Assembly: GCA_001938485.1 (NCBI GenBank)
Contig: MQRK01238430.1
Span: 99,490 to 163,489, forward strand
Origin: Girardia tigrina
Taxonomy: Eukaryota
DNA: 64,000 nt
Direction: 5' to 3'
A program made the position numbers and the translations under genes. The notes beneath the pieces are model-generated. The model was not told where the DNA came from. It was given only the letters and a program-made list of their open reading frames with translations, and made no database searches. Below are positions 26,047 to 41,300 of the stretch, one piece after another; the first letter of the stretch is position 1; each line of letters begins with the position of its first letter.

Positions 26047-28639
26047 AAAAATTTGTATACAAATAATTTAAGAAATTTATATTAAAAATAAATAAAAGAA
26101 TTAAAAATTAAATTAAAAAAACAATACATGTAAAAAATAAATAAAACAAATAAATTAAAATTTTTTATTCGACTTGTTTCGATCGTTGTGCATTTAAATG
26201 AACAAAAAAATAATATCATCAATATTGACTCATGGAGTGGCAAATACGGCCGGTATTTTACAGATAGTGGTGCGTTATTATTTGTGTTATATATTATTTG
26301 CTGCCACCATTTAGTGGACACGTATGCCATTTTGTCGTAATTGCTCGACAGAGAAAAACTCTCCTTGGTTGGCCAAAATCAAGTGTTTAAAATAAATTGA
26401 TTGAAAACGTTTTTTTACGATGAAAGAAAAGTATATCGATTTGAATTATTACTTTTAATTACAGACAATTTGCTCAATTCCATATCATGATTTATTTTTT
26501 TATGATCAGTCGAATTTTCGATGAGTTGTTTTTGTTTTCTTTTGAATTGTAGAAATTATTGTAATCGTCTTTACAATAAATTTCAAATTCTTTTCAAATG
26601 ATAATAAGGGTATTGTATATCAAACTATATTTGATTTGTTCGATAAAACCAATGTTCTCTCAATTTTAAAAGGGTTTCAATAATCGACAATCACAAACAT
26701 AGCGCTCATTAAAATAGACTAAGTTACAACGATAACAATCTGGTGCTCTCACACGAATCAATTTTCAACAATCATTTTAGATTTTCGAATAACAATTTTT
26801 TAATCACTGGAGCATAATACTATTATTGGTTGAGGAATTTTTCTTTTGTTTCTTTTGAGCTGATTGATTATACATAAAAAGACTGAATTATAAATACTGA
26901 TAAGTTATTTATTAAACACTTTATTTTACAAATTAAATTTATTATTATTTTTATTACATTAATTTTACAGATTTACATTTCAATATCTTATAAAATTTAT
27001 TTTAAAATAAATTTTTAAAATCTATATAATAAAATGACCGTTGATAAAATAATTATTTAATGTTTTTATTTATTTGTAAAACGTTTTAACCAAATCCAAA
27101 AAAAGATTTAAATTAATATAAAATGATTTTAATGTTTTTATTTTATTTGTAAAACGTTTTAACTACTTTAAAAAGAGATTTAAATTATAAAATTATTTTA
27201 AATATTCAAAAATGTTAAGTGCGCCCAGTCCTCACAGAGAATAATATCCCGAGCACTGTTCAGATTTTTAAGAGCAGAAAGAAATTTCAGATACGATTAC
27301 CAATATATGGGGAGTGTACAAGGAGAGGGTGAAATCAGGAAAAAAGTAAGATGACCGAGAGAACCTGTAGAAGAATCCAAATGAAACCATAAACAAAGGG
27401 CAAAAAGATCTGGCCAACTGAATAGCATTTCATTGAAGAGTTTTCTTTCAGTGATTACGGAATGAGTAACCTCGTCCTTAAGCGGGATGAAATGCAAGTT
27501 GCAGACAAAGGGACTAATGAAGCAATCAATTTTCAAATTAGACAAAGGTAGACAAGCCAGCTCAGAGGAAAAAACAAATTGTTGTTGTCAATAGCTGGTA
27601 TATTAGTGACAACAACAAGCGGTGTTGGATACGGTTACGCAGAAAGCAAATCATAGCGTTCCGAAAGAAGGAAAACAACTCTAGGAAGAGCACTTTAGAT
27701 GGTTCTCTGAATTCCAAAGTTATCAAGAACAATGGATTGAGAAGTGTTGCAGACTTTTTGAATCTGTTATACACATTGTTTCTGGAAATTGTTATTTAAT
27801 TAGTCTGCCTTACAGTAATCAACAAAGATTGCAGAATTTAGTAAATAATTTCTCTTTTTTCGCCAGTTTAGAAACAAATCTTCCGATAAGAGACTGACAG
27901 ATGATGGGTCCATTGTTCGAAAAATTAAGCCCAGGTTCAAAGTCAGCATCAGAGGCAGTTTCCAGAGAAATTCCAAGAGAGTTTGACAGAGAAGTCGAAG
28001 AAAGAGCCCCTCTCTAAGGCACGGAGGGAGTAGCAAAATGAGTTAAAGGGATATGTAAGGAGAGGGTAGCTAAAAGCCCGGGTAGAGATCTTGAGTGCCA
28101 GAAGGGAGACCCTTTCAAGGTTTTGTTTTATCTGTAATTACCTGTGAAGCGGTAACATAAATGGAATCTTGGGTTAATATAGCATAATCCAGGCAAATAG
28201 TTTCAGTTGTAATACTTAAAACAATATTCTGGATTGTTTCAAAGGAGCAATTAATTTTAAAAAAGATTTCGGCAACTTTTTAAATAGTGGACTTTAATGA
28301 TATTATCAAATAGTTTCAGTAAAACCTTCTTAAAGTGAAATCGAAAACCGCAATATACATGAAGAACTAAAAGGTTCCCAGATTTTTTTGAGATAGTTTT
28401 AACAAATGTTTTTCTTTTTTTAACAATTGGCTTTTAAATTCTTTTGAAATGTGTACGTGACGTGTTCTCCCATTTTAATGCAAAATAATTTTGGAAGTCG
28501 ATTGTTAAAAAAAGAAAAAAACTTTTGTAAAATAAAAGTTTTCGAAGTTAATATTTCTCATCAATGCTCTCAAATATTTTTCGATTTCTGGATGAACCGA
28601 TATACGGATCGGCGTTATATTAGCCAGAGAACTGTTATT

Positions 28640-29084
28640 ATGTGAACAAATCAAAAAAAAATAATTACTGGACGACATCGGTCCAGGTGGGAGGATTTGA
28701 ACGGAAAGAAATCTCAATCTAAGAAAAAAAGACGACAAAGACAAAGTGACATTCACGAAACACGCTAAAAGGGAAAGGGAAGACAAATTTAATGAGATCT
28801 AGAAATGCATGAAAATCACGAGTGATGTCGACAATAAAAATCTGCGAACAATCATCACGAGAAACGAGATTACTTCTAACAGTGAAACTCCATTAAGCTC
28901 CCCCCACCACTCACGGACAGCCTACTGACGCTAAAGTGCCACAGCTACGTTATTGGGTACGCTCTGTTAATACCACTATCAAGTGTTCTGGTGTCTATTT
29001 GGGAAGTATCATCTAGGAACACGAATAATTGTGTGACCGAGGTTCGTTGAAGCAAGAAAAAACAATTTCATGAATAAGGGTTAA
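28640..29084 (+). mobile_element. piggyBac-type terminal fragment; homologous inverted copy at ~37085-37370
   Basis: Ends GGG-TTAA; shares KLLLDD.GP and GTGCC.CAGC...TTATTG...ACGCTCTGTTAATACC with the reverse complement of 37085-37370. Confidence 0.55.
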
Positions 29085-29361
29085 ATAGCTATCAAATACA
29101 AAATGGGTTATAAAAAAATTAAGTAATTATTAACTAATCTTAATTAACTTTGTTTTAAATAAAAAATAATAATTGATAAAATTTTTATAAGTATAAATTC
29201 TTAGTATTTTTTCATCAATGATTCTGCAGAATAACATAAATTAAAATATCGTCATAAATGATGAAAATGAAAAATTATTTATTTATTCACTCAAATCAAA
29301 GATTACGTAAAATAAATTAAAAAAAAATGTATCAAGGGAATCTTTTTTGAAAAATAAAGAT

Positions 29362-32300
29362 TCACCAACAGTTTGCTGGGGGATCAATTTCGAAAATAAT
29401 ACGTGAACTACAAGCTGCTCCAGCTCTCAATAGCAATACTCGAGCTATGACAGAAATGTGACAGAAGAGTAAATTAAAATAATTAAAATAATTATTACCT
29501 TCTTCATTGTAATTGTGAAAGTCTCCTGGGGAACTCCACTGAATAATAAATATGTAGCGTGGAGATCTAGAGCCTCTGAAGACTACAACATCAGAAGACC
29601 CAGCAATTATTAACCCGTTAAACTTTAGAACCAGTGGAAATAAATCTTTCACATATCCAACAAAATTAGTACAATTTTTAATATCATACATGTCAAGTTG
29701 GAAAAGACAAAAATCTAAAATCACCAACTGTTAAACAGGTTTAATTCAACTACAACAAATAATTAAGTTTTAATTGACAAAAATAAATTTATTTTATAAA
29801 AATTCAGGGACTGTGACTTAAAATAATAAAAATAAAATTAAAATTTTAAATTAGTGAGAAAATTATTAAATAAAGTATATTATATTAAATTATGGTTTAT
29901 CACTAGAGCAGAGATCAGATGTTTCTTTTGTAGTTGTATTAGGTTCAAAAATACAGCCAAATGCACGCAGAACCATGGAAATACAATCCATGGATGGTAT
30001 TTTCTTACAGGAAAGCCGACAAGATCTCGGAGACCGAAGAAATCCGAACCAGGCTATCGGAAGGCTGCTAGATACTCTTTAGTTCGGGTGAACCCTCTTA
30101 AGAGTATACAGCCAAATGTTCAATACCATTGAAAGATATGTGAGGCCTACAAATTACTCATAAACTGCGCCAGACTTAACATGGAATTAAAAAGTCAAAG
30201 CTCAGTATTAACAACATCAATATGAGGTTTACAACATTTATTAATATTACAAGCGCATTCACTATTTGACATCTCTCTTGATCAATTTTTTCTGAGTTCA
30301 AATTAATTATTTTCAATAAATGAAAATCTGTTAATAAAAATTATTAAATTATAAAGAATCTAATTGGTTAAAATTAAATTACATTAAAAAAATAAATAAT
30401 ACATTCAAAAATTATTTTAAATCTTTTTACTTTAAAATTAAATTAAGTTATTTTTAATTAGTAAGAATCAAAGAAAATATCAATCATCCATCTGTGTATG
30501 AGAGGCACAATCCGAATCAACATTCTACATGCACAATATCAATACACAATTCAAAACATTCCTCACACTCAGGGTCTTCAAAAATTAATAATAGAGATTT
30601 CTTTGAAGACAAAAATCTTTCTAATAAATGCTTATTTCATATGGAAATAGTAGTTATTGAATTAAAGCCTTAATAGTACATAAAAATAAGTTTTAACTTT
30701 TAAAAATTGTTGGGTTGTAGTTGGAATCATTATTTTTATTTATACACATACTTAGCTGTAGGTAATCTATTAATATCTATTTTAATCTATTGCATAAAAA
30801 AATTCCCAAAAATATTGAAAATATTCAAATATATGAAAAACCTTATATATTCGCAATCAGCTAAATTTTATTTGTTTCCGATTATTTTTTTTTGAATTTT
30901 TGAGCATAGTTTATGTCGTTATTTTGGTTCATAATCAAAAAATAAGTACAATTTTAAAAATGTATTTTATATCAAAATAACTATATTTAAACAAATATAA
31001 TTAAATATTTAATATTAAACAATATTTCTTTAATATTAAAAGTTCAGGCATTTAAATTATGCCTACACACCTCCCCTCCTAGATCGATAAAAGCTGGCTT
31101 GGGTTTGTCGAGTTAAATGTTTTCTTCTCTGTCGCGTCTAGATTGTGATAACCTTGCCGTTTTCTGAGCGGCGTACTACATCGAAAGGTCCTTCGTATAC
31201 TGCTTGAGAAGGACTCCTGAGTTCTTTTTTATCCCCACTTATTTGCATTTCAGAAGATCCTTGGGACGGAAAAATTTTATATCTCAGTGACTCTTAAATT
31301 CATTGGATGAATCTAGAATATCTACAACGGATTGATTAAAATTATGCAGAATAACGTCTCCCGTCAGGTGTGTAGGTACCTAGTAAAATCTGGGACGGTG
31401 AAAGCCCGGAGCTGTTTTATTGTGTTTCGAAGTCCCAGTAAAACTCGGGATAGTATTTTCAGCCATTCTTTTTCTACATCGATTGCTGTAGATCTTAATG
31501 GTTCTTTCAATGTCCAATGGAATCTTTCTTTCTTTCCATTGTTCTGTGGGTGGTGTGGGGTTGTGTGAGGATGTTCGATTCCGTACTGATTACATAAATC
31601 TTTGATATCTGAAGCAATGAATTGCCTCGCATTATCGGTGATGACGTGTTCTGGTGTGCCGAAACGAGATATCCATTCTTTTTCAATTACTTTGATTACT
31701 TCTTTAGCTCCGATTTCTCGCATTAGGAAAGCTTCTACACCGCCGGTGTCGCGATCTATTGTGGTAAGAAGGAATTTATTCCTCTATTTTCTCCTTCAAT
31801 GGTCCGACCAGATCGATTTGGACCACTCTAAGTTTTCCCAGATTGGTGATGATACCATGTGGAGTTCTGGTGTGTTTATAAATTTTATTTGCTTGACAGT
31901 TTTAACAGTTGCGAACCCATTTTCGAATCTCGGTCTTCATATGGTCTTTGCGCATGAGCGAGACACGATTAAGTGAAGAGCAATCTGATAACGTGTTTTT
32001 GCTAATTGAAAACTTTTACCAATACCCCGCTTTTGGGTAACAGTTAAGAAACTGTTACCATTAGCAATTTTTAAGTCACGTAACGTTTAGTCAATAATTT
32101 GATTGTTGCATTTGCTTCTGAATGGCATAAGCTGTGAAGTCTAGAAAACTCAGAGTATCTGTGACATTCGGGTAGAAAAATCCTTGGAGTTTTTGTTGAC
32201 TTGTCTACGAGTAAGCCCTCTTTTGTTTTGTCTATTACCAGAGAAGAATTAAAATGTTTTGAAATGATGTGTCTTTCTTTTGATCTTTAATTAGTTCTTG

Positions 32301-35300
32301 AAGGGTAATATGAAACAATTCTTTGATCTCTTCGTCCTCATATTGTTTGGAAAGAAAATCTGCCACTACGTTTTCTGAACCTTTAATATAATTTATTTCC
32401 ATATCGAACTGAGATAAGAATTGAATCCATCTCCATTGGCAATTTGAAGGACTTTTCATTGTTTGCAAGTAAAGCAGTGGTTTGTTGTCTGTTTGTACTC
32501 TAAATCCGCTGTCCTCCAAGTAGTGTTTAAAGTTTTTAACCGCAAGAACTATTGATAATAACTCGCGTTCAAAGGTAGAGTACCTTTTTCCGTGGCTGTC
32601 AGCTTCCTGAAAAAAACTGGTTTTATATTACCTTCAGGATTTTCTTGGTTGAGACTATTTCCCACTGCTGTTCCTGACGCATAGGAGCATAAAACAAAGA
32701 GGGTATGGAAATTTGGTAGGCACATTGTTTTGATGTTTCTAAGCTTTGATTTGGCTTCTTGGAAGGCTCTTTCGTGTTTTTCTTCTCAGTTGAACTTGGT
32801 CCTTTGTTTACTACTCTGAGATACTTGTTCGTGAAGTGGGGCTAAGGTTTCTGATAATTTCAACATTAACCACTGGTAGAATATAACGGCTCCAATGAAT
32901 CTTCGTAGAGCTTTGGTGGATCTCGGTGGTTCCATTGCATCAATATTCAACATATTAACACCGAGTCCAGATACATTGAACCACAAGAAATTGAAGTCTG
33001 ATTGATTCCATTTGCACTTGTTAGATTTGATTTTTAGTTTAGAATTCTTCAATCTAGTCATAACTTCTGTACATGTTTGCGATGGTCGACATCGTTTTTA
33101 GAGAATACGATGATATCGTCAATATACGCCATTGCATAAGTTTCACATCCTCGTAGTATTGAATCGATTGTTCGCTGGAACGTTTATAATGCATTTTTCA
33201 ATCCGAAAGGTATAAAATTGTATTCGTAGAGGCCAAACGGAGTGATAACGGCTGTTTTGTGCTTGTCAGCTTTGTCGATTGGGATGTGGTGATATGCTTT
33301 CTCTATATCGATAGTAGAGAAAAAATTGCATTTGGATATCTGATCAAAAATATCGGTTATTTTGGGAAGAGGGTACCGACACGGCCTGGTTTTTGCATTT
33401 AAAGCCCTGTAATCGTCGCAAGAGCCGAATGTATCGTCCTTCTTCTTGACTATCACTAACGGAGAAGACGAATCGCTGTTGCTTTCTCGTATAATACCAT
33501 CTTTGAGTAGCGCTTCAAACTGTTTCCTGATATCATGCATGGTGGTGTTTGCCAGACGACGAGCTCTTTGTGTCGATGGAGGACCCGAAGTTTCAATTGT
33601 TAATGAAGGTAAGTTGATCAGTTGGTGTACTTCTGTCGGGTTTCGAAACAATTTCCGGTTTTTGCAGTCTATCAGGAGATTAAAATGGGCCAAGAAATCG
33701 GAGCCCAAAATTGGTCGGCGAACATCAGCGGCTGTGAATCTCCATTGAAAATCTTCTTCCAATCGCGAGATATGGAATTGTAAGACCTTTTCACCGAATA
33801 TTTTGATTTTGGTGTTATTGGCAGATATTAATTCACAGCTCCTCGATGTGGAGTCCGGTTGGAAGAGATTTCGGGGTGCAACGCTGATATCAGCACCTGA
33901 ATCAATTAAAAAATCAAATAACCTGGCACTTGACCTCACCGGAACGGAAAATATTGCGTTGAGCTTCGGTTTTGATGTGAATGGTCAATGATAATATCAA
34001 GGGGCCTCGGTGTTCGACCTCACTGGGTCCCTGATTCTTTTCCCGAAGGATTTCCGGATATCCAAGAGCATGGTTTCTGGCATTTCTTTGCTAATCGACC
34101 AAATCTTTGGTTGTATAAACACAGCTGTGGTTTATCGGTTTGAAGTTTACTGAGGCGATTTTTTATCCAGTTTAATTCGATTTTCATCATTTCAATAGTT
34201 TCATTTGAATGCTGGATTTTCGGTTCTATTGCCGAAATTCGTCTTTCGTCAAGCAAGAAATGAGCATCGGCTTTAGTGCTGAGTTCTTCTAGATTGAGCG
34301 TTTCGTAATTTATTAAATGATGTCGGATAGAAACTGGAAGAGCAGCTAGGAACTGTTGTTTGAGGAATTCGCATTTATCAAGATTAACGTTGGGCTGGAT
34401 TACTCGATAGCATTTCTTTAGTTCTTCCAGTAATCGGGTAGGTTTAAGTTGATAGTCCATTCCATGTTGTGTAGCGCGAAGCAAGGCCTGAGCTGCTGAC
34501 ATTGAGTATTCCTTGAATAAAGCCTGTTTTAACTTCTCGTAAGGTGACCGCATAATGGATCCATGGCTGTCGTCAGTGTTTCGAGGATGTCAGGAGGCAG
34601 GCAGGTCAGGTTATGAAAATATTTGCCAGTTCGAAAGCGTTTTCAACTTGGGTGATCCAGTGTACTATATTCTTAAAATATGGTGGAATTATGACTTGGA
34701 TGTGGCTGGTCTCAGCCACGCTTCTGACACCAGTGTCGTTATTTTGGTTCAAAATCAAAAAATAAGTACAATTTTAAAAATGTATTTTATATCAAAATAA
34801 CTATATTTAAACAAATATAATTAAATATTTAATATTAAACAATATTTGTTTAATATTAAAAGTTTAGGTATTTAAATTATGCCTACAGTTTAAAACAAAC
34901 ATAATGCATTTGGACAAGAAATTTCATATCAGCTTTCTTTGTGTATGTAACATAATAATAAAAACTGTTAATAATGGAGTGCTTAAATGAATTTATATGT
35001 AATGCAGTTGTTTAAATAAATCTCAAAAACCGCGTTATTTGAGTTTTCTCTTCAGTGATAATGAAAAATAGCTATATTGTAGAAAATTTTAAATTGAAGC
35101 TTGGTTCAAACTGAAAAAAATAAAAATAGCTTTACTAATATAATTTTCTGGTTTGCTTATGTTTGCTTAGGATAATTTTTAAACAGTCATTCATATAATT
35201 CGTGATAAGGAGCTAATATGAATAAAGCAAAATGTTCTCTGTTGACTCAATGCAACTATATTAAGCCCTGTTTTTGAATCTTTTACTACTAAACATCATT

Positions 35301-38300
35301 TTGATATTGTAATAATGAATTTCTATTAACTCAAAATTGATTGCCAAGCCACAGATTGCAAATGTCTGCTATAAATAATAACGTCTTATACAACTAAAAG
35401 CTAATGGCATGGTCATCATGATGAAAATAAACGAATTTAAAAATTGGTGATATTCATTTATGTTGCGATCTCCACTCAGAGTTATAGTTTCTTTTGGAAA
35501 AAAGATACTGTTGATTTGGAAAAAATGGGTTCCCTTTTAAAACCTTTTTCTTTTAAATCAAGACCAGAGTTGAATATTAGAACATTGGAAACACAGATGA
35601 GTTTCGATTAGTTTTCTTTTGTAGTTCATCATAAAAGCAGCGAAAGACATTATGATAACTACCGTTTATCCAAAGAAATACAGTTCTACAGTTATTTTGT
35701 GCGTGAAAGTAATTTTTACCGATGAGAACATTAAAAAAAATTAAAGATTAGAAAACGATGAAGAGTTATCTAATTTCAAAGAAATACCAATATAAGTTAT
35801 TGATTTGACGGCGTCATTTTGATGGACTTGATAGAAAATACATTTTCTTTTGTTTTTGATTTAGATTCCAATAAATTTAGATGTTTAATCTCCTAAAAAA
35901 AACCCCACCTCCAAAATATGTCATGACTTTTAATTCATCGCAAGTTCTATTTTTGGTCATATATGCCCGATATATAGTTGCTACAATATGGTATTTAGAA
36001 TATTACAAATTAATTATTACTTATTTAAAATGTTATTGCAAAAACATTACTTTACACATTTTTTTTGGAAGACGAGTAAACTCGTCATATCCCTTTTTAT
36101 AGTACAACTTGCGAGCCGAGTTTACTCGCTTTTTTGTGCGAAGCGGTAAGGTACGGTAAACTTGTAAACAATGTGTTCTAGACAGGTGTAGGTGGTGCAT
36201 TAATTATTGTTTCCGGTATCCAATCTATCTACCTGCTGATAAAATGAGCTTGAGAAGAAACAAATAATAATAAGGGTAAAAATAAACAACTCGAAAATGC
36301 TCAACTACATAGTGTTCATCAAAGCATTTTAAAACGATATTTTGGGATAATTAATGTTAAATATAACTGAAAAAAAACAAAAAAATGATCAAAAGTCTTA
36401 AAAAATATTAAAATTTATATCATACTTAATGAACTTTTGCAAGGAGTACAAAGGGGCAAAATATACATTTCAACTCCTCCTAACCAGAATTGTTCTCGGA
36501 TTTCAGTGTGAGCTTGACAACATTTAAGAGCATTTTCTTTGTTATCAAAACTAAGGATCCCCAATCCCCAATGAGCAGGAAATTGACCTTCAATACATCG
36601 TATGGAAGTCTAGGAAAGCAAAAGGATTTTGTTTTAGAATAATTCTTCAATAAATGTTTTATCTAAATAACTTTGTATATACCATTTTAACGAATGTGTA
36701 CATAAAACTTTGGATTCTAATTAACAAATCTCAAATCAGAATGTAAATAAAGTCCAGCTTATTTTCTTTCAGTTTATTTCTTGTGAAAACAACATATTTA
36801 ATCAAAGACATTTAACGACTTGGAAAAATAAACTATTTTCGGGTGTCAAAATTTATGCACTTTATTCAGGGGAATCTGGGGAGATTTTTTCACTACCCCT
36901 TACAAATCAATTTTTTTCAGAAAATAGATAAATCTTGTTTCCTGTAGCCTTTAAATTAGTGGCCTCTTAATTATTAATGTAACATTATTGAACTTTTACG
37001 ATTTATCAATACCTCAGTGGAAAAGGATATTCTTAAAAAAATAACTTTTACATAATAATTGAATAAGTAAAATGTAGTTGGTTATGGTATTAACAGAGCG
37101 TGCACAATAACATGGCTGCGGCACTATAGAACTGGATGTGTATCCCTGGGTGGTAGCCGTAACTTAATGGTACGTTAGATAAAATATCATTGTCGACATC
37201 AAACTGGATTTTCACGCATTTTTGGATCTCCTTAAATTCATCTGTCCTTCTCACCTTTATAGTCTTTCTCTTCTTTGATGGCAATTTCATTCGACTCGGA
37301 TCCTCCGATCGGGACCATTGTCGTCCAGTAATAATTTCTCCGTGACTTGTTCACACAATGACAATACTTTGACCAATATAACACCGAATCGCATATCGTT
37401 TCGTCGAGAAATCAAAAATATTTGATGAGAGCATTGTAAATTTAAAAAATTTGTATTTTTAAGAAATAAATTTTTTTTAGATCGACCCAATTAAAAGACT
37501 TTACAAATCAATAACATTGATTCTTTTTTTACGGAATTCAATTTTTTAATATTCATCATAATATTTTGCCTTATCCCATACACATATTTTCATATTTCGA
37601 AAATTCGCTAATTTACAACAATTTAAATATATTTTTTGTCTTTTTTTATTAATCTTTTATTTTTATAATCTCATTTTTTTAATATCCAAAATGTCATTTA
37701 TTTTATTCATAAAATGCATATTAACAGCCCATATCATATTTTGAAAATAAGCTACAAATTTTCAGTAAACAACAGAATGAAGTTAATGAACAGATGAGAT
37801 TTTTGGAAATACAATTCGGTCTTTGTATTTATTGTCATATTTGTCACCCCATACGGTCGATTGATAAATCTCCGATTGATTTAGATTATATTGATATTAG
37901 GACGAATTCCAAAAAAGCGGATTCAATATTGTTAATACATTTTCCATTTCAATATTTGTCTCCCCTTGGAGGATTGAACACATTTATTTAAAACTTACCA
38001 CAAATCGAAACATTTACTAAGCACACTTAAATAGACATAAGAGGCTAAAACGGAATATATCTGTATATTTTTTGAAGTATTCGAATTTGAAAATATCAAT
38101 CTATAATTATGATTGAGAAAGAGCAATCTAAGAATACATGCACAAAATACATATAACTAACAAATGACATTTGAAAATATTCTTTTTGTAGTTCCCCTCT
38201 ATCTGAAGGCTCTAAAAGAATAATTTCAGAAATAACTGAAATTTAATACTGGAATATCATACGGTTGTCATGTACGGGATGAACTTAAATGACTTTATGT

Positions 38301-41300
38301 CCCATTTACTCAAAAATTAAACTTCTAGATACTAATTCCCATAATACAGGACGGAAATAGAATAAATTTAGGTACTGGATTGCAAGTCCTTATAATCTAA
38401 TATTATGGAGTAGCCTTTCAGTGTAGGCCGCTTTTGGGCATTGGAGTCCAGAGACAAAGTTTTATTCAACCTAGTTTCCCACGGACAATACGTGGAAGTA
38501 TACCCAACTGGCAAACACAGGAGACCCTAATTCCTTATAGTTATTTTGTTAAAAAAGGAATAAACTGATAAATAATTAAAAAGCGAATTTCTTCTTTCCA
38601 ATAAACAATATTTTACCAATTTTGCTTTTCTGCAAAATTCTCCATTTTCGAAAGCTTTAATAGTGCCTAATTCTAAGGTAATTTCAATCGATTTCAATCA
38701 AACAAACATTTCCACAGTTTTCTGTGTCGACCACCGATTCCGATTTGATCCATCCGCAAATGTTTGAGGCATTTACTGATATTTATTTGGAAAATAAGTA
38801 GGGTTTTATTTTTTATTTATGTACCACAAAATGTTAACAGAAAAAAATGTAACAAAACCTATTTATTTCCATGTAAAAATTACCTATTTTGTGATGTCGA
38901 AAAAACTATTTTTTTCTTTTAAAAAAATTATTTATCATTGTAAAAATTTTATGAAAGTTTTATACAGATATCAATAAAAAACAAGTTTATTTTTTATGGA
39001 AACAATGTAATTGTTTTACCAAGTTAAAAAATAAAAAATTTCAAATGTCGTCTTTGTTTTCTCAATAGATCAAATTAACATTCGAAAATGGCTTTGAACC
39101 CTGTTTATTTACAATTTGGAAGACAAAACGACACAGGTGCGGTATTTTAACCCCGTGCCAGGAGAAGCGATTCTGACAATCGCGACGTTGACGGATCGAC
39201 CCTGCGGTCCAACAAATTTTGTGTTGAACGAATCAAAAAATGAAACCGGGACGAATCAGGTCGAATCGAATTCGGTACGGCGAGCCTCTCATATAATCTA
39301 GAGAGCGATATTCCGCCGACGACGAACAGCAACGCGAGATACGATCCGATGTACAGCGCCGAGACCGGCGATGCCATAACAATATATACATATTACCTTC
39401 CGATGCGAATAAAGCCATATTTAAGTTATTGCTAGTTAAAATTAGCTATTTTAAATTATAAAACTAGTAAAATTGTTAAGGTTATGTTTAAAAAATATAA
39501 TAAAAGAATTACATAGATAAATTATATACCATACGGTTATATATAAATAGTATACCATACGGTAATCGGTTTATTTGCGGTAATAAAATCCGCAGTAGCT
39601 TTTTTGAATTTTTGGGAAAGATTATTTTCGGATTGGCGATTATTATTTATTAAAATTATTAAAAGATTATTATTTATAAAAATTATTAAAAGATTATTAT
39701 TTGAAAGGAAAAAGGATGTTTTTCCGACGTTCAAGATTTCACTTTCGGTCATTTCTGGGAATGAGGAACTATTTCGCCTCATTCCCCGGGATGGTTCCGA
39801 GTTTTGGAAGCCTGTAAGTAAAAGAAATATATTATATATAATGAATATGTAAAAAGAATTTCACTTACTGTTTAAAAAAAAGTTTGATAAAAAAATGAAA
39901 ATTTTGGGGAATATTCCCCTTTTTAATGAAAATGAATTTCGGCTTATCGACCGACAAATAGAAATTGGCCATTAGGCCATTAATCATTAAGCCCATTTGG
40001 GCAAAATGAAAATCTACGGCCTTAATGGCCTAATTAATTTATAGATAAGTTGATTTATGGACAAAGGCCTAATAATAATAATTATTATTATAAAAAAATT
40101 TTTTTCTAAATATTTTAATATAATATATGCACTTTATTCAGGGGAATCTGGGGAGATTTTTTCACCACCCCTTACAAATCAATATTTATCAGGAAATACC
40201 AAAAATTCATAAATTATGGCAAATAAAGAAAACAAATTTTAATTTATCAATTTGATTTGTAAAAACATTTGTGGATAATCGTAAATTTTTTTTAATGTCG
40301 AATTGATCAATTAGTTAATCTTTTAACTGATTCCTGTTGTCATGGAATTACATAATCATAAAGGGAGTGTGTGAAAAATCGTTTACCATATTTGTTACAA
40401 ACAAACAAAAGAAGTGAGTCAATACACCTTGATGTGGACAATGCCACCGATCGATCGCATGCTAAAATGCGACAACGCAATATTTTCTCGTCGATCAATA
40501 AATCTTACTATATTTCGGTGGCGTTCATATTTTCGAAGGGTCACCACCATACCCGCGCGCACCGTGATCCAGACGATGAGGGATCGGGGATCGGTCACTC
40601 GTGACNNNNNNNNNNNNNNNNNNNNNNNNNNNNNNNNNNNNNNNNNNNNNNNNNNNNNNNNNNNNNNNNNNNNNNNNNNNNNNNNNNNNNNNNNNNNNNN
40701 NNNNNNNNNNNNNNNNNNNNNNNNNNNNNNNNNNNNNNNNNNNNNNNNNNNNNNNNNNNNNNNNNNNNNNNNNNNNNNNNNNNNNNNNNNNNNNNNNNNN
40801 NNNNCTCGAAATTAGTCGGAACAGAAACACTTCCACAATCGTAAATCAGAGAACAATTTATTCTCTCGTTGTTGTTGACTTGGATTTGCAAATCGATTTA
40901 AATCTCTCAGAGAGAATCCGATTGTAACGAAATAACAACAAACGTGAATAAATTAGAGAATCGTAAAAAGTAAATCAAAATTCGTTTTTCAAAAAGATTT
41001 ATTATTTAGCAATGCAAGAAAGATAAGTTTTAAATTGGTGGTTAATGAAATCAGTTGTTTGGTACGGTAAAACAAATTCTGCTAATTATAATCATCATCG
41101 AAATTATTTCGTTAGATTCTTAAAATAAAGACCGAATGTTTTTTTAAAATGCGCATCTGAATTTTTCAGTTTTAAAAATTTTAGGGGTCGCAAATCCAAT
41201 TAAGAAATTTTTTCAAAATTAAAAATTAAAAAATTAAATTAAATATCACATTAAAAAAACTCTTAATTGGTTGCTACTGCTGATGCGATTTAATGAACAC

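Noticed and set aside
27050-27200. ~75-bp AT-rich tandem duplication (also a 27-bp one at ~39639-39702)
   Set aside because: Ordinary slippage-type duplications with no further structure.
27220-28200. Decayed minus-strand coding-like region, perhaps a LINE 3' end
   Set aside because: No diagnostic motif recognised.
36540-36610. VNFLLIGDWG, resembling a purple acid phosphatase motif
   Set aside because: It is an alternative frame of DUF1330 exon 4 and ends in a stop; the other frame splices in phase.
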